From NCBI GenBank assembly GCA_900771335.1, contig CAAGNP010000012.1:62350-126349 (forward strand): a DNA stretch of 64,000 nucleotides, given 5' to 3'. Source of the DNA: Rikenellaceae bacterium (GTDB taxonomy: Bacteria; Bacteroidota; Bacteroidia; Bacteroidales; UBA932). A model generated the notes under the pieces. The model was not told where the DNA came from. It searched no databases and saw only the letters and a list, made by a program, of their open reading frames with translations. Position numbers and translations under genes: made by a program. Shown in pieces: positions 56,972 through 64,000 of this stretch (its first letter is position 1; each line of letters opens with the position of its first letter).

Positions 56972-58210
56972 TTACATATAGGTTAATCTGCATAGTTTTT
57001 CCGGGGCAAATATCTCGTTTGCCACCTCCTGTACATCAGAAGCTGTCACCGCCTCAATCAACTCCCTCATCTTCCCTGTGCCGATAACCTCCCTGAATAC
57101 CAGGAGGCTCTTCCCCATTGAGAGGCATTGCGCTTCACTATTGTCAGAAGATATGGCAAGCTGGCCAAGGAGCTGTTTCTTGGCACTCTTAAGAGCTCTG
57201 TCCGACATGGGCGCGCTCCTGAATTTTTCGAGTTCCCCCTCCACAAGTCTGACACATTTGTCATAGTACTGCCTGTCACAGCCAAAATAGATCGAGACCA
57301 TTCCCGTATCCGAATATTGGCAGTAGGTAGCATCGACATTGTAGACAAGGGCATTTTTCTCCCGAAGAATAGTATTGAGTTTTGAATTTGCAGCCGGACC
57401 TCCAAGGATATTTACAAGTAGAATCAGAGCTATCCTCTTTTTATCGTAGTAGGGGTAGGCACGAGCCCCGATAATGCAGTGGGTCTGATGCCCTTTCCTG
57501 TTTACCACTTTATTGAAAGGGGCAATATCTCCCATACGGGGCGGAATCTTGAACTCCGCCTGCCCCGACTGAGTGGCCTCCATTGCCTCTGGTGCATATT
57601 TTAGAAGAGCTTTGCGGAGCAGTTCACGTACCTTCTCCTCTTTCGCATCAGCCACTACGGTAAATGCCATGTTGCCGAGGGTAAAATGGGTGCTGACATA
57701 GTCGTGAAGCTCCTGCACACCGATTTTTTTGAGGGTTCTGGTCTTTCCGAGGACTGGCATCGACAGATTTGTCCCTTCGAAAAGGAGCTCCTCAAAATCG
57801 TCATATATCTGATCGGATGGGGAATCCTTATAGGTAATTATCTCATCCAGCACCACAGCCTTCTCCTTCTCCAGCTCCTTTGAGGAGAATTTTGGGCAGA
57901 ATGCAAGCTCTACGAGCAATCCTATTGCCCTGGAGAGATCCTCTTTGAGGACGGTAGAATGGATGACAATCTCCTCCTTCGTGGTAAACGCATTGAGCTC
58001 CCCTCCAAGTTTTTCGATATAGGAATTGATGCTCGATGCCGATTTGTACTCTGTCCCTTTGAAGATCATGTGCTCGGTAAGATGGGCAATACCGCCGAAT
58101 GTCTGGTCTTCGCGGCGGGTACCGCAACGGATGGACAGGGCGCAATATGCCACAGGAGAGGCACTTTTCTTGAAAAGGAACTGCAGACCCTTGAAATCTA
58201 TCTCACCCAT
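56972..58210 (-). CDS. M16-family (pitrilysin/insulinase-like) peptidase
   Basis: Inverted zinc motif HLTEH followed by ...E further on. 412 aa. Confidence 0.85.
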   Translation of the reverse strand: MGEIDFKGLQFLFKKSASPVAYCALSIRCGTRREDQTFGGIAHLTEHMIFKGTEYKSASSINSYIEKLGGELNAFTTKEEIVIHSTVLKEDLSRAIGLLVELAFCPKFSSKELEKEKAVVLDEIITYKDSPSDQIYDDFEELLFEGTNLSMPVLGKTRTLKKIGVQELHDYVSTHFTLGNMAFTVVADAKEEKVRELLRKALLKYAPEAMEATQSGQAEFKIPPRMGDIAPFNKVVNRKGHQTHCIIGARAYPYYDKKRIALILLVNILGGPAANSKLNTILREKNALVYNVDATYCQYSDTGMVSIYFGCDRQYYDKCVRLVEGELEKFRSAPMSDRALKSAKKQLLGQLAISSDNSEAQCLSMGKSLLVFREVIGTGKMRELIEAVTASDVQEVANEIFAPEKLCRLTYM

Positions 58211-58222
58211 AGAAGGAACAGT

Positions 58223-59080
58223 TTAGAATGAGTATGGAGCAGCTATCTTTTTGTAATCTTCAGGTGTGAATCCTACTCCGAATTTACCCATCATCTTATG
58301 TTTCTTGTACAGGAACAGCTCCCTGGTATCTGTGCTGATAAGCATTTTGAAGCAATATGCACCCTTCTGGTTGACACTTGGAGATATGACAATGGCTACC
58401 AGTGTCTCCTTGTCCCAATCCTTGATCGCCCTCTCCTTCTCATCTTTTGACACAAGTTTGGCTTTACCCTTGAAATCCTCATCAAGCATCTCCTGAGTCA
58501 CTTCGAAATCGAAATCCTCCTTGCAGAAAAGAATGGTTCTGCCGCTTGCCTCATTCATATTGTCTGAATAAGCGCTTATACCTATGACAGATGACAACTT
58601 TTTCTCCTGAATCTTGACAACATGTGACTGGATGATGTTTATAAATGGGGCAAGATATGCGAAAGAGTCCCCCGAATCGTCATCCAATGTGCGATAAGGC
58701 AACGATAGCACCTCCGGCATACGATTCAACCCTTTAACAGCATCCTCTGATCCCCTTATTAGGGTAAGGAACTCCATGGAAGGCTCCTTCTCCTTGCTGA
58801 ACTGGCCATCTACCCTCATCAGAAAGTAATAGCTTGTATCGCATTTTATCTCCTCAAATTTATCCATAGGGCAGATCTCAAATGGAGAGAGATACCAGTA
58901 TTTCTTCACTGCATCGATAAGCATTATATCATCCAGAGAGTGGTTCCCTTTGACTACCACCTGAGTAGTTCTCTTGTCAAAATTCTTCAAATCATCCTTT
59001 TTCTGGAAAATGTTCTTCACCTGCGCAGAGAGTGACAAGGTAAGGAGAACCGATACTGACAGTGTTATAAACTTCTTCAT
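58223..59080 (-). CDS. Hypothetical secreted protein
   Basis: Has a signal peptide (start set at MKKFITLSV, 59080). No family was recognised. Probably co-transcribed with the M16 peptidase. Confidence 0.5.
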   Translation of the reverse strand: MKKFITLSVSVLLTLSLSAQVKNIFQKKDDLKNFDKRTTQVVVKGNHSLDDIMLIDAVKKYWYLSPFEICPMDKFEEIKCDTSYYFLMRVDGQFSKEKEPSMEFLTLIRGSEDAVKGLNRMPEVLSLPYRTLDDDSGDSFAYLAPFINIIQSHVVKIQEKKLSSVIGISAYSDNMNEASGRTILFCKEDFDFEVTQEMLDEDFKGKAKLVSKDEKERAIKDWDKETLVAIVISPSVNQKGAYCFKMLISTDTRELFLYKKHKMMGKFGVGFTPEDYKKIAAPYSF

Positions 59081-59131
59081 GATAATACACATTTTAGTGG
59101 TGCAAAAATAGCAATTAATATGAATTATTTG

Positions 59132-59139
59132 TACTTTTG
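59132..59139 (+). promoter_or_regulatory. -7 box (TACTTTTG) abutting the dnaX start codon
   Basis: TAnnTTTG ends 6 nt before the ATG at 59146. Confidence 0.45.
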
Positions 59140-59145
59140 TGAGAT

Positions 59146-60900
59146 ATGGAACAATTCATAGTATCAGCCAGAAAATATCGTCCCAACTCATTTGAGTCGT
59201 TGATAGGACAAGAGAACATCGCCAAAACCCTGAAGAACTCCATTCTTCGCGGACAGTTGGCCCATGCCTATCTTTTTTGCGGTCCAAGGGGTGTCGGCAA
59301 GACCACCTCTGCGAGGATTTTTGCCAAATCGATAAACTGCCTCAACCCATCGGAGGACATGGAGCCATGCGGCCAATGCGAGTCATGTCTCTCATTCTCA
59401 GAAGGGAGGTCCTACTGCATACATGAATTGGATGCAGCATCCAACAACTCTGTAGACGATATCCGTAACCTCACAGAGATGGTGCGCATCCCACCCCAAA
59501 TAGGCAAATACAGCGTATACATCATCGATGAGGTACACATGCTCTCGGCCGCTGCATTCAACGCCTTCCTGAAGACACTTGAGGAGCCACCTGCATACGC
59601 CATCTTCATCCTGGCCACTACAGAGAAACACAAGATCCTCCCCACTATCCTATCGAGGTGCCAAACCTACGATTTCAACAGGATCTCGATCCCCGACATG
59701 GTAAAAAACCTCTCCGACATAGCGGAGAAAGAGGGGGTCAGAATAGAGGAGGATGCTCTCCACATTCTGGCTCAGAAGGCTGACGGAGCGATGCGCGACG
59801 CCCTTACCCTATTCGACCAGACCGTAGCATTCTGCGGAAAGGACATCAAATATGACCAGGTTATAGCAAACCTCAACATCCTTGACTACGAATACTACTT
59901 CAGACTGATTGACCATTTCATCGGCGCAGATTACACCTCTGCCCTGCTGATTTTCGATGAGATCCTTTCAAAAGGTTTCAACGCCCTCCATTTCATTTCC
60001 GGGCTAAGTTCCCATTTGAGAGACCTTATCGTCTGCAGAAAAGAGGCTTCGGAGTCATTATTGCAGCTCCCTACCTCACTCGTCAAAAGATACAAAGAAC
60101 AATCCGCCAACTGTTCAGTTCCTTTCCTCTACGAGGCGCTGAACATCACAACCAATTGTGAGTCGGCATACAGGCAAAGCGGAAACCAGAGGCTGCTCAT
60201 CGAGTTCACATTGATGAAGCTCTCGTTCCTTATCCAGGGTGTAGGGGCAATACAGCCCGTCGCCCCTATATCTGCACCTGCAACAGCTGTGCCATCGCAG
60301 CCGGCACCCGCTGTCAAACCTGCACCTGCTCCTGCACCTGCTGTTCAAGTGGAACCGGCAGCACCAGCACCAGTGCCAACACCTGCTCCAGCTCCAGCAG
60401 AGGCACCGGCACCCAAAACGGCACCTAAAACCGGTGGTCTTTCATTGAAGGATATGCTGATGAAAGCTGAGAAGAGAGCACAGGGGATAGAGGTGGCCAC
60501 AGAGACCGAATCGGGAGAGAAACCATTCACTATGGAGGAGTTCATGGTAGCATGGAAAGAGCTGATAGAGGGGGAAAAGGAGGCCAAAAGGACATCACTT
60601 GCCATAACTTTGGAACAATATACCCCTATCCTGCTTGAAGACGGCCTGACTGTCGAGTTTTATGTAAGCAATGACGCCCAGAAGGGATGGATAGAGGAAA
60701 AGAGGCTTCTGAAGATGATTTCCCAGATGAGAGGAAAACTCCACAACAAGAAGATGAATCTCAAAGTGGAGGTAAAAGAGTCACCTGTAGGGGACAACTC
60801 TCCCAAATTGTACACCAACAGAGACAAGGGGGAATTCCTTTTGAAGGAGCATGAGGCCGTAAGGGATTTGGCCCAAAAATTAGAACTTGACATCAAATAG
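59146..60900 (+). CDS. dnaX: DNA polymerase III subunit gamma/tau
   Basis: Walker [10 protein letters not shown], zinc module CGQCESC and SRC motif. There is a Pro/Ala-rich linker at about 60240-60420. Confidence 0.93.
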   Translation: MEQFIVSARKYRPNSFESLIGQENIAKTLKNSILRGQLAHAYLFCGPRGVGKTTSARIFAKSINCLNPSEDMEPCGQCESCLSFSEGRSYCIHELDAASNNSVDDIRNLTEMVRIPPQIGKYSVYIIDEVHMLSAAAFNAFLKTLEEPPAYAIFILATTEKHKILPTILSRCQTYDFNRISIPDMVKNLSDIAEKEGVRIEEDALHILAQKADGAMRDALTLFDQTVAFCGKDIKYDQVIANLNILDYEYYFRLIDHFIGADYTSALLIFDEILSKGFNALHFISGLSSHLRDLIVCRKEASESLLQLPTSLVKRYKEQSANCSVPFLYEALNITTNCESAYRQSGNQRLLIEFTLMKLSFLIQGVGAIQPVAPISAPATAVPSQPAPAVKPAPAPAPAVQVEPAAPAPVPTPAPAPAEAPAPKTAPKTGGLSLKDMLMKAEKRAQGIEVATETESGEKPFTMEEFMVAWKELIEGEKEAKRTSLAITLEQYTPILLEDGLTVEFYVSNDAQKGWIEEKRLLKMISQMRGKLHNKKMNLKVEVKESPVGDNSPKLYTNRDKGEFLLKEHEAVRDLAQKLELDIK

Positions 60901-60904
60901 AGAC

Positions 60905-61681
60905 ATGAGACTATATAGCGAAAATCTGGTTAAGAAATATGGCGCCAGGACAGTGGTAAAAGGGGTATCAATAGAGGTACACCAAGGTGAAATCGTGGGT
61001 TTGCTTGGACCTAACGGCGCTGGCAAGACCACAAGTTTCTATATGATAACCGGACTCATCAAACCCAACGAGGGGAGGATTTTCCTGGAAGATGAAGACG
61101 GCTCTACTGAAGAGATAACCAAACTCCCCATGTACATGAGGGCGAAGAAAGGTCTTGGCTATCTGGCACAGGAGGCATCTGTATTCAGAAAGATGAGCGT
61201 AGAGGACAACATCATGTCTGTCATGGAGTTGTCCGACCTTACCAGACAGCAGAGAAAAGAGAGGCTCGAATCACTTATCGACGAGTTCAGACTACACAAA
61301 GTGAGGAAGAGTCTGGGTGTACAGCTCTCCGGTGGCGAGAGACGCAGGTGCGAGATTGCCAGAGCCCTGGCGATCGACCCAAAATTCATACTTCTTGACG
61401 AACCTTTCGCCGGAGTAGACCCCATCGCAGTGGAGGACATCCAGCACATTATCGCCAAACTCAAATACAAGAATATCGGTGTCATCATCACCGACCACAA
61501 TGTCCACGAGACACTTGCCATTACAGACAGGGCATATCTTCTGTATGAAGGCACCATACTGGAAAGCGGCACAGCTGAGATGCTTGCCAATAACCCTGAA
61601 GTGCGCCGCAAATACCTGGGACAGAACTTCGAGCTCCGCAAAGCGGTCCTTCGTGAGAAAACAGAGGAAGAAGAGGAATAA
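60905..61681 (+). CDS. lptB: LPS export ABC transporter ATP-binding protein LptB
   Basis: [17 protein letters not shown] and [12 protein letters not shown]. The start was set at ATG 60905. Confidence 0.88.
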   Translation: MRLYSENLVKKYGARTVVKGVSIEVHQGEIVGLLGPNGAGKTTSFYMITGLIKPNEGRIFLEDEDGSTEEITKLPMYMRAKKGLGYLAQEASVFRKMSVEDNIMSVMELSDLTRQQRKERLESLIDEFRLHKVRKSLGVQLSGGERRRCEIARALAIDPKFILLDEPFAGVDPIAVEDIQHIIAKLKYKNIGVIITDHNVHETLAITDRAYLLYEGTILESGTAEMLANNPEVRRKYLGQNFELRKAVLREKTEEEEE

Positions 61682-61719
61682 TCTCCGGACCCGGGAAACC
61701 ATAGTAGAGAAAGAGATAC

Positions 61720-63060
61720 CTACTCTTCCACCAGAACCCTTACAGACTTGTTGAAATACTCCATGGCAGCAAAGTGATTGATCGCTTTGTGTGTCTCCTC
61801 CTTTGCTTTATTGAAATCACCCATCTTATCCTTTGGCACAGGGACAGCAGGTGGCATCTTCATAGTTAGAGGGTTGATGGGCGATCCGTTTTTCCATACA
61901 CGGAAATCCAGGTGAGGTCCTGTAGAGCGGCCGGTACTGCCAACATAGCCAATTACCTGCCCTTGCTTGACGCGTGTACCCACAGCGATACCCTTTCCAT
62001 ATTTTGAAAGATGAAGATATGCCGATGTATATACAGAATTGTGCTTGATTTTCACAGTGTGGCCTCCGGCACCTTTGTAGCCTTTCTCCACCACTACCCC
62101 ATCTCCGATACTCACCACCGGTGTGCCGGTCGGGGCAGCATAGTCTATACCTGTGTGCGGCTGCACTTTTCGTGTCACAGGGTGCCTTCTGGCATAAGTG
62201 AATCCTGAGCTGATTCTCTTGTAGTTGAGCGGAGCCTTGAGGAAAGCCTTACGCATGCTCTCACCCTTCTCATTCCAATACTCATTGCCCTGATCATCCA
62301 GCACATAGTGATATGCCTGATATTTGTTCCCGGCATGGGTAAACTCGGCATATTTTACATTTCCAATATCCAGCACATTCCCTTTATAGCTCATCACCTC
62401 ATACAAGGCTTTGAACGAATCCCCCCGCTGGAGACCGAAAAAGTCGATACTCCACGCGTAGATGTCCGAAAGACTGAGGGCCAGAAGCGGTGTCACGCCC
62501 GCTTTCTGAAGATCGGCCCATAGGGAGGTATTGATAGTCACCTCAGCATAGTGAAGTGTGGTTTCGATCTCTTTTTCGTGTATGGCTACAGTGAGTGAAT
62601 CCTTCAGACCGAATACCACAAACGAGTGCGCATCTTTCTCATATACAAGATAATCAAGACGTGCAGAGGAATCTTTCGAAGTGTATGTATGATACTCGTT
62701 CCCTACCCTGATCTGCCTTACATCAAAGACCCCTTTACATTTCTGTGTCAAATCATACACCACTTTGGCCGGGACACCATTCTTGTCAAGGATAGTGGAG
62801 AAAAACTCTCCTTTACCCACTTTATGCTCTTCCACATCATAAAGTGCAATAGGAATCCCGTACTCATAGATGGTCGTATCAGCACTTTCTGACACCACCT
62901 CCTGGGATACCCTCTCCCTATTCACCTCCAAAGGGGATATAAGGAAGAAAATGATTACCGCCAGGGCCACTCCCAGCACTATAAGAAACCACTTCAAGAA
63001 GTTTTTATTCAAGAATATAGAACGTAAAGAATCTTTGAATTCGTCTGTAAAAATCTGCAT
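61720..63060 (-). CDS. M23-family metallopeptidase, membrane-anchored
   Basis: N-terminal TM helix, with HTGIDYAAPTGTPV and GSTGRSTGPHLDF motifs. Confidence 0.88.
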   Translation of the reverse strand: MQIFTDEFKDSLRSIFLNKNFLKWFLIVLGVALAVIIFFLISPLEVNRERVSQEVVSESADTTIYEYGIPIALYDVEEHKVGKGEFFSTILDKNGVPAKVVYDLTQKCKGVFDVRQIRVGNEYHTYTSKDSSARLDYLVYEKDAHSFVVFGLKDSLTVAIHEKEIETTLHYAEVTINTSLWADLQKAGVTPLLALSLSDIYAWSIDFFGLQRGDSFKALYEVMSYKGNVLDIGNVKYAEFTHAGNKYQAYHYVLDDQGNEYWNEKGESMRKAFLKAPLNYKRISSGFTYARRHPVTRKVQPHTGIDYAAPTGTPVVSIGDGVVVEKGYKGAGGHTVKIKHNSVYTSAYLHLSKYGKGIAVGTRVKQGQVIGYVGSTGRSTGPHLDFRVWKNGSPINPLTMKMPPAVPVPKDKMGDFNKAKEETHKAINHFAAMEYFNKSVRVLVEE

Positions 63061-63105
63061 AACAGTGAGGGTAATTTATTCTGTCACGAAAGTAATCTAT
63101 TTTTT

Positions 63106-63161
63106 TGGAAAATTGACAATAAATTGTGGAAAACTTTGTAACAATTTGGAATGAAATGGAA
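63106..63161 (+). promoter_or_regulatory. Four phased TGGAA(A/T) direct repeats, candidate MraZ operator
   Basis: TGGAA occurs at 63106, 63127, 63147 and 63157 (spacings 21, 20 and 10 bp). It lies directly upstream of the -7 box TATCTTTG (63172-63179) and mraZ. Confidence 0.4.
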
Positions 63162-63171
63162 AATTAATAGC

Positions 63172-63179
63172 TATCTTTG
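63172..63179 (+). promoter_or_regulatory. -7 box (TATCTTTG) of the mraZ-rsmH (dcw) operon
   Basis: TAnnTTTG 35 nt upstream of the ATG at 63214. Confidence 0.5.
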
Positions 63180-63213
63180 CATTCACTAAATAGGTAAAAA
63201 GGCAAGATCAGAA

Positions 63214-63657
63214 ATGGTAAAATTTGTAGGTGAATATAAAGCTAAGCTTGATGACAAGGGGAGATTGGTATTTCCCTCTGCATTCAAGGCACTTATGGGC
63301 GAGGAGACCCCCCGTTTCGTAGTGAAGCAGGACCTGTTTTCCGACTGCCTCTCCATTTACACCTATTCAGAGTGGGAACGCCAATCCGAAGAGATCAAAT
63401 CTAAGCTAAACTTCTTCAACAAAGAGCACAGCAGATTTTGGAGAGCTTACATGGACAACAGAGCTCTCATCGAGCCAGATGGAAAACTTGGAAGAATCAC
63501 CATCCCCAAATATCTATTGGACAAGATAAAAGTGGACAAAGAGGTCATTTTCAGCGGAAATGACCACAAGATAGAGCTTTGGGCCAAAGAATTGTTCGAA
63601 TCGAGCAAGATGGCGGATGACGAATTTGTTTCATTGGCAGAAAAGATTTTAGGATAA
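63214..63657 (+). CDS. mraZ: Transcriptional regulator MraZ
   Basis: Two MraZ repeats (DDKGRLVFPS and DGKLGRITIPK). Confidence 0.92.
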   Translation: MVKFVGEYKAKLDDKGRLVFPSAFKALMGEETPRFVVKQDLFSDCLSIYTYSEWERQSEEIKSKLNFFNKEHSRFWRAYMDNRALIEPDGKLGRITIPKYLLDKIKVDKEVIFSGNDHKIELWAKELFESSKMADDEFVSLAEKILG

Positions 63658-64000
63658 TGTCTACTTACCACATACCGGTTCTACTTCACGAAAGTGTATC
63701 CGGACTTGACATCAAAGAGTCCGGCGTATATGTTGACGCCACCCTGGGGGGAGGTGGACACACCAGGGAAATCCTTTCCCATCTAGGACCCAAAGGGCGC
63801 CTCATGGTATTTGACCGTGACAGTGACGCCCTGGCAAACGCCCCCAAAGACGAAAGGATAATAGTAGTTCACAACAATTTCAGATACATACACCATTTCG
63901 TCCAGTACTACGGCTTCGAAGGGGTAGACGGAATCCTGGCAGACCTCGGAGTATCATCCCACCAGTTCGACACCTCCGAGAGGGGCTTCTCCTTCAGGTT
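63657..64000 (+). CDS. rsmH: 16S rRNA (cytosine1402-N4)-methyltransferase RsmH, 3' end beyond window
   Basis: Not in the ORF track because there is no stop in the window. Hand translation gives MSTYHIPVLLHESVSGLDIKESGVYVDATLGGGGHTREIL...DLGVSSHQFD. TAATG overlap with mraZ. Confidence 0.9.
   Translation, partial: MSTYHIPVLLHESVSGLDIKESGVYVDATLGGGGHTREILSHLGPKGRLMVFDRDSDALANAPKDERIIVVHNNFRYIHHFVQYYGFEGVDGILADLGVSSHQFDTSERGFSFR

Noticed and set aside
59703-59709. A AAA AAC heptamer in the correct phase for -1 frameshifting in dnaX (as in the E. coli gamma/tau A AAA AAG site)
   Set aside because: It lies at about codon 186, inside the ATPase module, so a frameshift product would be non-functional. 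The last codon is AAC rather than AAG, and no downstream stem-loop is evident.
60240-60420. Repetitive GCACCTGC-type DNA with long ORFs on the opposite strand
   Set aside because: It encodes the Pro/Ala-rich flexible linker of DnaX tau in frame. The antisense ORFs (60115-60348, 60345-60605) are shadows of low-complexity coding sequence.

Overview
This window looks like a chromosomal segment from a Bacteroidota (Bacteroidales-like) genome. Supporting evidence: TAnnTTTG -7 promoter boxes sit in front of many genes, Shine-Dalgarno sites are mostly absent, lipoproteins are abundant, and there is a eukaryote-type glycogen gene set. Most of the 64 kb is densely packed housekeeping DNA:
- Translation and tRNA: trpS, ileS-dksA-like-lspA, efp, der, engB, rlmH, tsaB, rsmH, 2 tRNA-Pro and tRNA-Ser.
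- Replication and envelope: dnaX, lptB, mraZ, an M23 peptidase, xseAB.
- Nucleotide, cofactor and isoprenoid metabolism: prs, nadE, cmk, ispH, ribF.
- Redox: trx and two tandem Prx6-type peroxiredoxins.
- An 11-kb glycogen cluster that includes a 1411-aa GT3 synthase / GT35 phosphorylase fusion.
- A giant NtrY-like histidine kinase convergent with an HTH-less sigma-54 activator.

Two regions stand out as accessory or unexplained.
1. 21.28-26.34 kb is a self-contained double-glycine peptide export locus. Its gene order is a 46-aa TM smORF, a C39-peptidase ABC exporter, two GG-leader precursor peptides, a TolC-like OMP and an HlyD-like adaptor. It lies between cvpA and tsaB. It has no modification enzyme, no regulator and no recognisable immunity gene.
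2. 13.6-15.95 kb is a decayed islet abutting tRNA-Ser(UGA). It holds a frameshifted Rpn/PD-(D/E)XK transposase-like gene, an orphan 159-aa gene with its own promoter and hairpin, and about 700 bp of GC-rich non-coding DNA. That non-coding DNA contains a family of hairpin-forming 26/27-bp tandem repeats, a 48-bp direct repeat pair flanking a segment with mutually exclusive pairings, and an inverted 15-bp copy of the tRNA-Ser T-arm.

Other oddities are a tRNA-Pro that reads as anticodon AGG, a perfect 20-bp tandem duplication of a promoter, a repeat-dense 387-bp convergent spacer, and phased TGGAA repeats upstream of mraZ. All product calls come from motif recognition by eye; no database search was run.
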